DNA from: Octopus vulgaris
Taxonomy: Eukaryota
Direction: 5' to 3'
Assembly (NCBI GenBank): GCA_951406725.2
Contig: OX597822.1
Location: forward strand, 13,392,001 to 13,456,000
DNA length: 64,000 nt
Of this stretch, positions 12,671-25,885 are shown in pieces; position 1 is the stretch's first letter; every line of letters starts with the position of its first letter. The notes under the pieces were generated by a model. The model saw nothing but the letters and a program-made list of their open reading frames with translations. It made no database searches and was not told the origin of the DNA. The position numbers were made by a program, and so were the translations under genes.

Positions 12671-14552
12671 CTAGCCTAAGGTGACCCGCTCTATATGCGG
12701 GTAAGAGTGTGGTTGTTACTTTCTGTTGCTTCCTTTCTGCTTGTTATCACCACATTCTCCCTCTTTGTTGCTCTCTCCTTTCTCTCTCACTTTCCCACTC
12801 TGTTACTCTTCCTTTCTCTCGGACTCTCCCTCGCTTTCTCTTACTCTTTATCTTTCTCTATCTATCTATCTCCCATTTATAAACAACAAAAGATCTTGAG
12901 TGTTCGTATACTCTCAACATAACGTGACAGTCCCCTAAGGGAATTACGCTACCGCTGTTTAGCCCTAGGAAGCATCGACGTTTCCTGTCGGCTTTGACAA
13001 ATTTCCTGTGTCCTTATATTTGCAAAGCGTCAATGCTTCCTAGGGCTAAACAGCGGTGGTGTAATTCCCTTACGGAACTGTCACGTTATGTTGACACTAT
13101 ACAACCACTCTATCGCTCCACCACCGCTCATGTCTCTTTGAGACATTTAGAAATTTAATATTTCTAAAAGATCTTGAGTAAGTTGAGAAAGTAAAGTATT
13201 TTGAAAGATCAATCATAAATATCAGGCAGTGACAACGGAAAGGTCTGCTTCAAGGCAGACAATAAAACACTAACATTTAAAAGGGACAGGCAAACTTGCG
13301 AGCTGAATGAAAATAAAAAAATATTGGAAACCAAAGTTTGAAGGGATAGAATGTGAGGATAGTAGAGTCACCATGGCTGGCATTTCTTAACGACGGGCAG
13401 CAACGTAGTGGCAGTTTAACGGCTGGCGTAAAATTTTGAACTTGATGTAAAAGAAAATTCCTAAACACCCGCTCCTGTAAATTTTAATCCCCTTCCAGCC
13501 CCTTTTAGACCCCTTTTTACATTTTGATTAATATAACCCGATTTCATTCGGGTCTACTGGGTCCACATTTTATAAGATGAGGAATTTTGTCCTAGAGGAC
13601 AAAAATAGTTTGAGGAAAAAAATAGTTGCCATGCAAACTCGTCAGCACTTTTAACATAGGTGTGCATATTTTCAGCACAACCGACCACATAATGCACACA
13701 TTATATATATATATATATATACGCATTATATATATATATGTGTGTGTTTGTGTGTACGCATTATATATACAAATGCATACAAATTATATATATATATATA
13801 TGTATAAATTAAATTAGAGATAAAACCACTATTAGGCAAATCAAACAGTGAAAAACATAAACGAAAACATAAAAATAAAAATATAATATACAAAATATAT
13901 AAAATATAAAATTTAAAAATTTAAATTATTTAAATTTAAAATTAAAATTATTAATTTATATTTATAATTTTTTAAAAAATATATTTAACTATCAAAAAGT
14001 ATTAAAAAGTTTAATATACATATTTATATATAGAACACACACACAGACACACACACATATAAATTAAGCCAATAAATATCTGATTCATAATATTTGTTCT
14101 CATGATTGTGTGGTGGTTGTGGCGATGATAATTCTGTCTATGAATGCAGACAGAGTTAGAGAGAGAGAGTGTGAAAGCGCTGTCGAAGGTGGTGAGGGGG
14201 AGATATAGAACGCTGTTTGACGACGTTATAAAGAGAAAGTGAAGGGGAGTGAGACGCTGTTAAACGATGTTATATATTGAAAGTGATGGGAAGGGAGGAA
14301 AAAGAGTGAGTGACGGAGGAAGACAGATACATAAAAGAATGTGAGTAGACTTGTCAAAGTGCGTTTTTGGCCCTAGCAACGACACCTTTTAAGATAGGGA
14401 TTTCTAATCTAGCACACTGGCATCCTCACCTCATTTTACATGTCCCTGTAAATATTGGAGTCAATCCGACGGGATCTAGTGGCCTTTAACCTGTTCTCAA
14501 TGCCAAAACCAGACAAACAAACTTTTCGCATTTCAGATTTACAATATAGAGA
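12671..14552 (-). mobile_element. Non-autonomous Helitron (copy 1)
   Basis: Minus strand starts TC and ends with hairpin ACCCGC/GCGGGT (12684-12702) then CTAG|T; collinear with 60391-62079. Confidence 0.75.
12914..13094. mobile_element. MITE/foldback with about 70-bp imperfect terminal inverted repeats
   Basis: TCAACATAACGTGACAG..TAAGGGAATTAC..ACCGCTGTTTAGCCCTAGGAAGCAT is mirrored at the right end; internal CTGTGTCCTTATATTT is shared with 37083-37392. Confidence 0.85.
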
Positions 14553-14778
14553 ATATATATGTGTATGTATATACGTATATTGCTCTTTTACTATATCTGA
14601 ACACATATCCAACACACACACATTCACTCACAAACACACACACACATACATACGCACAAGTACAAACATACATATAATTACAGATTTATATACACACACA
14701 GAACATATATGCGTGTGCACGTGTGTGTGTGCATGATATATGTATGCCTTTATGTATGTATGCCTGTGTGTATGTAAG

Positions 14779-14812
<34 letters not shown>

Positions 14813-14956
14813 TGTATGTATGTATGTATGTATGTATGTAGTGAATAGTCGCACATAAGTAAAATATTCGTCCGTCTACGCGCAAAAATTTAATCCCTCT
14901 GTTTACAAAGATTTTGAACAGGCTATCGGTGCAATGAATGGTACAAGCACCGTTTA

Positions 14957-15010
<54 letters not shown>

Positions 15011-15779
15011 TGTGTATTAGTGTGCCTGTGCTTGTGTGAGTGTGTGTATGTGTGTATGTAAAATATGCGTAACAATATGTATAATAATTTGGCAGATGTA
15101 TATAACATGCCATGTGTCTCCAAGCAATCATTGAGGCTCACTTCATAACGTTGGATGTATCTGAAAACCAGGATGCTGAAAAAATGTGCGGATAAACATG
15201 GAGTTTCATTTGTGAAACTGGAAGATAACACCCGCTCCGGATTCAGAAACTCCCTCACAGAAGTCGACCTCTTTTCGTTTCACTTTTTGTATCAAACTTT
15301 TGCATCAACATTTCCATTGAGTCCTTCCAATGCTGTAATTACCCATTATCTAGAATTGGTTTTAGAGCAAGAGAGTATATGCAGAACAAAAATTCGGAAT
15401 AGGCATAAAAATATTTGGTTCACAATGCACACTAGAACTGAGTAGTCGCTGACCCAACTACATTCAGACTTCTTCATTATCATTTCTCGATGCAACACTG
15501 CTGGTATCAAACCTTTAAGAATTTCCTTATATTTCCAACCCAATCACTCCTTTGCTACTCAGCCGGAAGCTAAAAGTAATCTCAAATTTCAAAAAGCATT
15601 AGACGCTCCTGTTCAAATTACAATGCAAATTCTTCAACTCTGGTTCATTACCAGTGGGATCAAAATACTTAACCAAGAGCATGACTTCAAGTGCAATATT
15701 CGGACAATGAACAGAAAAACCTACATCAGAATTGCAGGAAAACCACCTAAACTTGGATACACTTCAAACATTCCAGCCT

Positions 15780-16455
15780 TGAAAAACCTTACGTTTTCAC
15801 GTAGATCTGTATTAGGAGTCTGGCGTATAAATTTGTACCAGCCACAGACCTACCTTTCAGCTTAAGCTTCAAGGAAGATGGAATGCAGGAGGCTGAATGT
15901 GATGCAAGAGTCGCAGGAACAGGTACAGTAATGCGCCGACTCCAGCATTCGGTTATCAGAAGGGAGGTAGATGTAAAAGCCGAACTCGCTAAATTCAATT
16001 CAGTGTTCGTGTATACCCTTTCCTGTGTTCATGAATCTTGGGTAAAGACCGAAAGGACATAATTGCGCATACAAGCGGCCGAGGTGGGGGGTTCTGCTAA
16101 ATGGTTCTTGGAGTAACGTTACACGATAGAGGGTGCAGTTCGTAGATCAGAGAAGCGCTCCAGCTAGAGCCACTACCTTTTTGAATTGAGAGACTTCAGC
16201 TCCGACATTATGGACACGTGGTAAAATGTCTTGAGAGAGAATCGCTGGGTAGTTTTACGGACAACGCCATCCAGCAGAAGACCCAGGGAAAGGCTACGAG
16301 GAAGGTGGATTGAATACATTCATGACCTCGGTTGGTCTCGTTTGGGAATCCAACCAGGTCAATTGCAGACGGCTGCTTCTGACATGAACCCATCCAAGAC
16401 GTACTTCAAGACTCTGTCCCCACGACCCTTCCAGGGATAAGTGGGCTAGGAAGAT
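15780..16455 (+). pseudogene. RTE-clade LINE 3' fragment (end of RT and C-terminal region)
   Basis: Across frames: FKEDGMQEAECDARVAGTGTVMRRL, HESW, RIQAAE, IERLQLRHYGHVV, SRRPRERLRGRWIEYIHDLGWSRLGI. Confidence 0.8.
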
Positions 16456-16599
16456 GACTTGAGATTATTCCACATACATTAAATGGGCATTTAAGGATAT
16501 TCTTTGATTCAACTGTTTTATGGTTATTAAACTCGGGGTATTAAAATATAATAGCTGAGCAATGATCATAATGATAATAGTTTATTATTATTATTATTA

Positions 16600-16630
<31 letters not shown>

Positions 16631-16636
16631 AATCAT

Positions 16637-16675
<39 letters not shown>

Positions 16676-16685
16676 TATCATTATT

Positions 16686-16882
16686 GCGGGCTGGCAGAAT
16701 CATTAGCACGCCAGGCGAAACGCTTAGCGTTATTTCGTCTGCCGCTACGTTCTGAGTTCAAATTCCACCCAGGTCGACTTTGCCTTTCATCATTTCGTGG
16801 TCGATAAATTAAGTACCAGATGCGTACTAGTGTCAATATAATCACCCAAAATTTCAGGCTTTGTGCCATTAATAGAAAGAAC
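16686..16882 (+). mobile_element. tRNA-derived SINE family C (Meta/MESC-like central domain)
   Basis: CTGGCAGAATCATTAGC box A-like, GAGTTCAAATTCC box B, GGTCGACTTTGCCTTTCATC..GGTCGATAAATTAAGTACCAG; followed by (ATT)n. Confidence 0.8.
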
Positions 16883-16936
<54 letters not shown>

Positions 16937-16937
<1 letters not shown>

Positions 16938-17500
16938 GAGTGAGAGAGCAGTTCATGCCATTAAGTGACACTGGGGTAAAATATACGAAGCCCAATATAC
17001 ACATCATGACTACCCGTCTGATAAGGGTACACCAAGCACATGCATCACAACCTACTATGATAGGAATTGTTTCTGTTTTTAGATTCCACATTCGAGTTAT
17101 CTCTATTTCCAGGTCTTTGTATTTTGAAAGTTTCTCCATTTCTTTTAGAGACACGTTGTCATCTGCTGGTATTGATACATCAATTAGAAAGCATTTTTTT
17201 TCTTCATGATCTCTGACAACTATATCTGGTCTGTTGGCCTTAATTTCTTTATCTGTGTGTATTGGCATATCCCAGAGTATGTTTGCTCTCTCGTTTTCTG
17301 TGACCTTTTCTGGTGTGTGCCTATACCATCTTTTTCTGTTGTTATTCCATAGTGTTAGCATAGCTTCCAGTGTATTTTTGTTCCCAACTCTGTCGTGTCT
17401 GTGAATATATTCCTTCTTAGCCAGGACTGGGCAGCCAGAGATAATATGATTTATTGTTTCTTGTCCATCTCCACATATTCTGCAGTTACTTGTTTAACTT
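16937..17500 (-). pseudogene. R4/Dong-type non-LTR 3' fragment: CCHC zinc knuckle and restriction-like endonuclease
   Basis: CRICGDGQETINHIISGCPVLAKKEYIHRHDRVG..IHWKLC, then ILWDMPIHTDKEIKANRPDIVV..CFLIDVSIP..EKLSKYKDL; flanked by (TAA)n on both sides. Confidence 0.85.
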
Positions 17501-17557
17501 CTTTTCATTATATGTTTATTATTATTATTATTATCATTTATCATTATTATTATCATT

Positions 17558-17589
<32 letters not shown>

Positions 17590-18343
17590 TATTATTATTA
17601 TTGTTATCATTATTATATCGTTTTTCATATAGGATCAATTCAACAAATAACAGAAACAAGAACACTAGCAACCACAACGACAATACCAATAAGAAAAGAA
17701 AATGAGTTATTGAAGCAAATAGGAGAAGGTGTATATCATTGCTCGATATTTTAGAAATAGCAGCAAAACTTCCCTCAAACTGCATCGTATAAATTTACAT
17801 GGTTGCCCAAGATACAGACTTTATAGTATCATATTCTTTTATCATTAGTCGATATTTTCAAAATCTGATTACAATTCTTTCCTCATAGATTCATTTATTG
17901 CATGCCAACTTTAAAAATTCCCTGGCTTAATTGCTTAATAATTATCAACTTAAGAATGTTTACACATATTCATTAAGTATTCATTGCCAGATTGTTCTTT
18001 ATTCATCAAAATTAAAACATAGCTATTTACACAGCTAGAAATTAAATCCTCGAGTGCAATTCTCAGAGCAATCTCAATTTAAATACCATAAAATTCTTAA
18101 GAATAACTATGCAACTTATATTTCAAAAACAAAATTTCCTGTCCAACTTCCCATATTTTCCGTTGTACCAACACCTTGCCTTTATCGCCTTCTTATCTTA
18201 GGAACGGGCATTTTCTTTTCCTTTTTTTTTTCTTCTTTTAATTAAAATATGTGTTTCAATAAAAATACCTGAGAGGAATTCGTTAATCGCTTATTGAATT
18301 AAAAGAACTTTTTCGTATATCTTCACTTACACAAGAGTGTCAT

Positions 18344-18447
<104 letters not shown>

Positions 18448-18505
18448 AATACATACATACATACGTATGTACATATGTAGATGAGGAGACGGAGGTAGCT
18501 AGCTC

Positions 18506-18582
<77 letters not shown>

Positions 18583-18657
18583 TCGATATATACATGTCTC
18601 TACACACATATTATATATTCAATATATGTGTATGTATATATATACATATATATATGC

Positions 18658-19005
18658 AACACGCCAGCTTAATTTAATTCGTCCTTAGTCGAAAGATACC
18701 TGATGTTATGTCCTGTTATTTGCATTTGTATTTGTGTACCATTTCTCCGTTTTCTTCCGTCATTGTTTTCGTATACATTCGCTGCTTTTTTCCAGGGAAT
18801 CTAGTGCTCTTAACGTAGTTTTTCCTGGGGCTGGCCAGATTGGAGCAATCTCGAGTATAACCAGCCGAAATTGCAAAGATAATCTGGAACTCGACTAAGG
18901 AAGAAAACTCCGAATGACCCGTCCTTGTATTTTCTTTTCCCTTTTTTGTATCATCTATCCGTCTGAATGTTTTGCGTTATTGTCCCATTTTTGTATTCCT
19001 TTATA
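18658..19005 (+). mobile_element. Solo pseudo-LTR-like piece (pLTR family 1) in TA-rich repeats
   Basis: Reverse-complement homology to 690-990 (ACACGCCAGCTTAATTTAATTCGTCCTTAGTCGAAAGA...AACTCCGAATGACCCGTCCTTG). Confidence 0.7.
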
Positions 19006-19479
19006 TATTGGAAGGTTTGGAGATGATGTACAGCTATTATATGTATATATACACACGCATATATATATTCGTTTCAGCCAGGCGGCCACGGTATGCGAGA
19101 TCACCTCTGTGATGTTGCACTTTTACGAATCATTCTCCCTTGAATTCTTCAGAGTGTTGGGATTTCATATCACCATTCCTGCATGTGCTTTTTCCTTTGA
19201 CCCGTTCAGTGCATGAGGGAGCTTGACACAGGTTCCCTCATCTGTACCTCATGGCGGAGTGTTGGTTCTGCCGGTATCATGGATAGGGCAATGTCCAGTC
19301 CCTTTTTGATGACATTAACGTCCCACGTTATGTAGGTGTCATAATTTTGGGGTCAAAGTATTGCAGAACCATGGGCCTTGTCAAGTTTTTGTGTGTGTGT
19401 GTGTGTGCGCGCGCGCCTGTGTGTAATATATATTTGTGCGTGTGTGTTTGTGTGTTTGAAAAACGTTGACAGTTAATTT

Positions 19480-19545
19480 GAAGTTTCGACTCTTTGACTA
19501 TCATCAGTCTGATATAGGTAAGTAAACCGACGTTTCGAAGTCACT
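19480..19545 (-). ncRNA. Tandem degenerate hammerhead remnants
   Basis: Minus strand: GTGACTTC-GAAACGTC-GGTT, then AGA-CTGATGA-TAGTCAAAGAGTC-GAAACTTC. Confidence 0.4.
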
Positions 19546-19708
19546 TTCAAAAGTTTTCTCCTGAAAATATAGTGTGACTGGTACTTTAGTTTCACTTTCC
19601 ATCATTTTTATATAGAACGTTAATGTACACTCTGTGTGTGTCTGTGTGTGTGTAAGTATATGTGTGTGCGCGCGCGATATTTGTATCATGTACAGATACG
19701 CATTTACA

Positions 19709-19769
<61 letters not shown>

Positions 19770-19997
19770 AGTATAGAGGGAATGCTAAAATTGACTATGG
19801 CTTAATACAATGGGAAGCTATGCGTGGTGCGACATTGTTCTCAAAGGCACTCACCTCATGAGGCACGGGTACACAACAACAAGCCTGGTACTGGTTCATA
19901 TTTATTTATATGATATTCTATGTAACAATATGATATGGAAAACTCAGCAACGAACACTTGTTACCATTGCACAGAAACAATTGTTGTGATTTGTGGT

Positions 19998-20470
19998 GTT
20001 TTACCAAAAGGAGAACTATATTTGTCACAAAATGCGACTAGGGTGTTATAAACACCAACATTGCTAGAAATAGGAGCTAACATGCTCTAAAGCTGTTGTC
20101 AAAGCACATAAATATGCTTCGGCAGATTTCGGTTTATTTCCTTGTCTGTATATGTTTTCTTCATAGAAATCTACAGATGATTTAGAGAATCGCTAATGTG
20201 TATTCATAGAATTAAAATAGACAGCAGTTTGCAAAGTTTTACCAAAAGGTAAGATTATAATTATCACCAAATGTGACTCGGGTGTCAGAAACACCTACAT
20301 TGCTAGAAATAAGAGCTAAAATGCTCTAATGTTGCAGTCACAGCACATAATTGTAAACGTATACATAAAATATCGAAGGTGGCCAGATACAACATAAAAT
20401 CAAAAAGGAAAAATTCACTTGTTACTAATAGTGACTGAGGTTGCAAGGTAGCCCCTATATTGCTAGAAAC
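19998..20470 (+). repeat. Diverged direct repeats, period about 240 bp (two copies plus a partial third)
   Basis: TTTTACCAAAAGG...AAATG(C/T)GACT.GGGTGT...AAACACC.ACATTGCTAGAAATA.GAGCTAA.ATGCTCTAA...AGCACATAA at about 19999 and about 20237. Confidence 0.7.
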
Positions 20471-20561
20471 AAGTGTCAAAGACACTGATAACCACAAAAA
20501 GAACATTGTCTATGTACTAAGAGGGGAGATAACCGTCCCACAGCGAGCGTGTTCACTATAC

Positions 20562-20602
20562 TTGCAAGCTAGTTTCGCTTGGAATTAAAGCTCATCAGTA
20601 GA
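20562..20602 (-). ncRNA. Minimal hammerhead-like motif (3' part mutated)
   Basis: Minus strand CTGATGA-GCTT-TAATTCC-AAGC-GAAACTAG. Confidence 0.5.
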
Positions 20603-20886
20603 TAGAGAGTTACATACATATATATATGCATATATAATTTTGCCAATGCACGTGTTTGTTGCGAAGGGGTGAGGATATTCAGCTTATGATTGTGAGGTTG
20701 TGATTTCGATTCCCGGCGGTTCATTGTGCCTTTGGGCAAGACGCTATATTCTTCCTTCCTACAGTCTACTTAGCTAAGTTCTACCAATGTGTGACACCTC
20801 GAACAAGTGTCTTCTACTATAGCCACGGGCCGACCAAAGCCTTGTGAATGGATTTGATAGACGGAAACAACTGAAAGTATCACGTA

Positions 20887-20923
<37 letters not shown>

Positions 20924-20943
20924 AGCACATACAAATGCGCGCA

Positions 20944-21011
<68 letters not shown>

Positions 21012-21270
21012 ATATATATATCTATATATATAAAACTGTAGTTGTGTGAGTGTCTGTCCCCTTCGATTTAGATTCCTAACTACTCCCACATTTTGCGGTG
21101 CAGTTTAACCAAATTCGGGTATCTTATAGTCGTGATTCATATCGAGCCCGTCTGAGTATTAGCGCGCGTCCTGTACTCTGTTTTTTCGTTGTTAAAAAAA
21201 GTTTGTTTCCTTGTTTCATTTTATGTTTTCGTTTCTCGTTGTGTTCTACGTTTATTTGTGGTGTCCTGTA

Positions 21271-21322
<52 letters not shown>

Positions 21323-21400
21323 TGTATATATACATATAGATGTAAGTATGTACATATATGTATGTATATATGCATATGTTTTATTTATTTATTATATTGT

Positions 21401-21446
<46 letters not shown>

Positions 21447-21740
21447 TTATCAGTAACAATAAAGGGTGAAATTAATTAATTTGGAATAATTATCAATTAC
21501 ACCAAGTAGATTTCGGCATGTAAAAGCCCCATTCGAGGAAAATTTAAGTAATACTAAGTAATTAAGGGTTTAGCAACGAATTGTTCACCAACACACCGAA
21601 TATAGAAATAGCAGTCAAAGAGATATAGCTATTCCTTCTACTAAAAGGGGGATCTCAGTAAAAACACAGCACTTGAAAGGCAAACACAGACAGGTAAGAA
21701 AGAAAGAAATGACGGCAATCTATCATACAATTTTAAGTTA

Positions 21741-21832
21741 CCTACGGACGTACGTTTCGAAATCAAGTTTTAGGAAAGCATAAGAATTAGAAAATTCTAC
21801 CTTACCCAAACTTCTTTTCTCATCGGCGCAGG
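21741..21832 (-). ncRNA. Type I hammerhead ribozyme motif (left arm of palindrome)
   Basis: Exact reverse complement of 21895-21986. Confidence 0.7.
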
Positions 21833-21894
21833 ATACTACAATTATGAATAATTGTATATTAAATTTAATATACAATTATTCATAATTGTAGTAT

Positions 21895-21986
21895 CCTGCG
21901 CCGATGAGAAAAGAAGTTTGGGTAAGGTAGAATTTTCTAATTCTTATGCTTTCCTAAAACTTGATTTCGAAACGTACGTCCGTAGG
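21895..21986 (+). ncRNA. Type I hammerhead ribozyme motif with extended stem II (core variant CCGAUGA)
   Basis: Stem I CCTGCG/CGTAGG, core CCGATGA, stem II GAAA..AAGTTTGGG/CCTAAAACTT..TTTC, GAAA, palindromic stem III ACGTACGT, GTC cleavage triplet at 21978-21980. Confidence 0.7.
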
Positions 21987-22750
21987 TAACTTAAAATTGT
22001 ATGATAGATTGCCGTCATTTCATTCTTTCTTTCTTACCTGTCTGTGTTTGCCTTTCAAGTGCTGTGTTTTTACTGAGATCCCCCTTTTAGTAGAAGGAAT
22101 AGCTATATCTCTTTGACTGCTATTTCTATATTCGGTGTGTTGGTGAGGCAATTCGTTGCTAAACCCTTAATTACTTAGTATATATATATATAGATAGATA
22201 GATATAGATATAGATATAGATATCCGCGTGCGCGTATATGTGTGTGTGTTTTTGTATGTCTGTATTTGTCTTACCCACATTCACTTGACAAGCGATGTTG
22301 GTATGTTTACGTCCCGGTAAATTAGCGGGTTCAGCGAAAGAATCCGATAGAATAAGTACTAGGCTTACAAAGAATAAGTCCTGGGATCGATTTGTTCAGC
22401 TAAATGCGGTGATCCATTATGGCCACAGTCAAATGACTGAAACAATTAAAACACAGAATTCCTATTATTCAAAGGGTCCAGCCATTCTGTGTCACACTGA
22501 ATCTTCCTGAGAACAACGTTAAGGGTGAGTGCTCAGTCACTTACACGTTAATTTCTCAGATTGCTCCGTCGATCAAATCAGCCGGAACCGTCATCGTTGT
22601 CATTGATGGAGAGCCTTTTAAAATACGTTTGCGTTTATAAGTGTGTATGTATCCTTGTGTGTGTAATCGTATGTGTACAGAGTATGAATTTAAGAATTTC
22701 TCCAATCTCACCTAATTTAATTTTTTTCCTTAGAATAACAAATGTCATCA

Positions 22751-23093
22751 TTACCTCCGCCTTAGCGAAGGTGGAGGTATTGTTTTCAGTCGTGTTTGTT
22801 TGTTTGTCCGTAGACAAGATATCTCAAGAACCACCTGATGGATTTGGATGAAATTTTCAGGGATGTTTGGCTTTATAACTAGCACGAACTGGTTAGATTT
22901 TTGGGATCGATCTGGTACCGGACAAGGATTCTGGATTATTTTCCGTATTTTTTTTACTTAATTTCTGAGAGCGGTCGGGTTCATTTTTAGTATTATCGTT
23001 TGTGAGAACAATCGAATTTATTTCATCTCTGGCTAATCGTTGAGAGGACGTTGGTGTTGCCTTGGCGGAGGCTTGCGCTCTCTGAGAGCTCTT
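22751..23093 (+). mobile_element. Helentron-associated (HINE/DINE-like) non-autonomous element
   Basis: 5' hairpin ACCTCCGCCTT..AAGGTGGAGGT, (GTTT)n, GATGGATTTGGATGAAATTT, 3' subterminal inverted repeat CCTTGGCGGAGG followed by a short hairpin. Confidence 0.75.
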
Positions 23094-24233
23094 GTTGTTA
23101 TTACCTTTTTTATCCGTTTTGTTAATTGTTGATGCTGGTTTCTTCTTAAGATAGTTGCTGTTGTTGTTGTTGTTGTTTACTACAAGTGGGTCTAATTGCG
23201 GAAGCCCCCGGTCATATGCGCTACAGCTTTAAAATCCATGGTTTCTTTTCAAGAATGTTATCTATTGTGCCTATTTTTTAAATAAGAGATTTTGATCTTA
23301 TTTGAGGGAGATTTACCTGTTACTTATATCATACTAGTTTCAAATTTGGGCACAAGTCTAGCAATTTCGGGCGGGGTGAAGGGCATAAGTGGATTACATC
23401 GACCTTAGTGATCGGCAGGTACTTATTTTATCAACCCCGAATTTGAACTAAGAACTTCAAGATGAAATGCTGTTATGCATTTTACCCGGAATGCTAACAA
23501 ATCAGCCACAATGCCTCTAGTTCTTCTATCATATTGAGCCATAGACCCTTTTGTTGATTAGGCCCTTTTCTTGCATACAGTCCTTTTGTTGATTATTTAT
23601 TTCATTGTTGTTTTTCTTGGTGATGTCGCAGCTGCCGTCTACCAAATCCACTCAAAAGGCACTGGTCGGTCCGTAACTATAGTAGAAGACACCTGCCCAA
23701 GATGTCGTGCATTGGCGCTAACCCTAATCCACGTCGTTACAAAGCGAACCTCTGAGCCACATAACCATCGCTGAATCTATGTACAACAGACAATGCTAAA
23801 AGCTTGGACTTGTTATGCTGAGAGTTTCATGAACATATTCTTATATATATATATAAGTATGTATATATATTATATTAAATTAGAGATAAAACCACTATTA
23901 GGCAAATCAAACAGTGAAAATAATAAGCCAATACATAGAAATAAAATTAAAAAATATAAAAAATATAAAATATAAAATATAAAAATCCAATTAAAATACT
24001 TAAATTAAAGTTAAAATTTTTAAAAATTATTTAAATTAATAAATTAAACTTATAAATTTTAAATATATATATATATATATATGTATATATATTTATTATC
24101 ATTTTATTTATTTATTCATTTATTATTTTTTTTGTTTATTTTCTTTTTAAACTATCAAAAAGAATTAAAAGTTTAATATAAGATAAAGAGTAATTTATAT
24201 ATATGTACATATATATATGTGTGTGTGTGTATG

Positions 24234-24282
<49 letters not shown>

Positions 24283-24563
24283 CTATATATATATATCCGA
24301 TTGTCCGATTCTAGGTTTTCCAATTTCAGATGTTCTTCCTAGAGGTAAGACAATTTTTTTCATGTTTGTTGCACACACGCGTCTTTGCTAGTATTTACGC
24401 AGTGAAGCTATACAATAGCTTCGTATTTATTACGATTGCTATTTTCCAGTAAATATCGGTGCCTTGTTGTACCATTTATTTACTTATATATATATATATA
24501 TATATATGTTCACACATATATATATATATAATCAAAATAAGCAACAGGATATCCAGATGTAAT

Positions 24564-24647
24564 GCAGTACGATCATTTCAAATGATTCCATTTAATTGAA
24601 CAATGCAACCATTACATACATTTGAATGCAGAGCAATCCTCAGCTAT
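24564..24647 (-). ncRNA. Degenerate type I hammerhead motif with long stem II region
   Basis: Minus strand TAG-CTGAGGA-...-GAAATGATCGTA-CTG, adjacent to (TA)n. Confidence 0.45.
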
Positions 24648-25014
24648 ATAAATACATAGAATTAAATTAAATTAAAACAGATGGACACGTTAGTATAATT
24701 TTTATCTAAAACCTCCAAGGAGATAAGGAGATAGACAAAGAACATGCTGATTTCACTTCAGCTTAGAAGCTACTAAGGCATCAGGAAAAAAACTTGTTAG
24801 ACATTGTTATTTTGGGGTCAGATTTAATCAATAGTTTTGTTGATCAAATTTTTGTATATCAAAATCTAAGGCCAAGGAATAAGGAGCAGTGTCTATTATG
24901 AAAAGGGCTAAAGGAGTCGACATACTAACATTTTCAAGTACGCAAGTCCACAGACGCAGAAATGCATTACGCATGTATTTGTCATTCCAATCTTTATTCA
25001 ATAAAACAGTACAC

Positions 25015-25092
<78 letters not shown>

Positions 25093-25686
25093 TCATCTAC
25101 TGCACCAAATCCGTGACAAATGTTTGAACTTCACAGAGACTATTTTATTCCAGACTTTCATTATATTTTGAAAGGTGTGTTCCGCAAACGTTTAAGATTG
25201 TAGCATTTAAAATTTTTACCTTTACCACTAACTAATGTAATTCCAATATATAATGTTTAAAAGCACAAATATGTATATTTTTATGTTTTGGTATGTGATT
25301 GTTTTGATACTACTTTCATGTTGAAGTAGACTGCTTTTGTTTCAAATAATTTTAAAAATAAGGAAAAATTTAACAAAACAATTTGTCATTATTATTCCGG
25401 TCTCTTTGTTTTTGAAGACAGTGAGCTGGTTGAATTTTCAGCGCAGCAGACAAATAATCGTTTGGTGATAAAAGCAGTATTAATAACAAAAGGCAATGTT
25501 TATATGCAACTTAACGTGGATGGATTGTTAGACTGGTTCTGTCTCTAGTAATTAGCTTTTGATAAGCATGTTGGTCACTGAAATCACATACATCGTTGTA
25601 GTGAAATTTCTCTGATATGTGGGTACTAGATGCCTGCCCCTGAAGAGGCGGGGCACGTTGAAATCACATGATCTGGCTATTCTGGT

Positions 25687-25785
<99 letters not shown>

Positions 25786-25817
25786 CATGTATGTGTGTGT
25801 GTTTATATGTATGTATG

Positions 25818-25883
<66 letters not shown>

Positions 25884-25885
<2 letters not shown>

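Larger units (their letters stand above)
21551..22181. repeat. 631-bp near-perfect spacerless palindrome (arms of 313 and 318 bp, centre 21863/21864)
   Basis: Arms read as exact reverse complements except for two small differences; centre TATATTAAA|TTTAATATA. Confidence 0.97.
20660..22450 (+). mobile_element. SINE family B split by about 1.3 kb of nested insertions in its internal (TA)n
   Basis: Head and core at about 20660-20880 (..AAGTGTCTTCTACTATAGCC..AGACGGAAAC); tail at about 22240-22450 (CTTGACAAGCGATG..GGCCACAGTCAAATGACTGAAAC). Confidence 0.7.
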
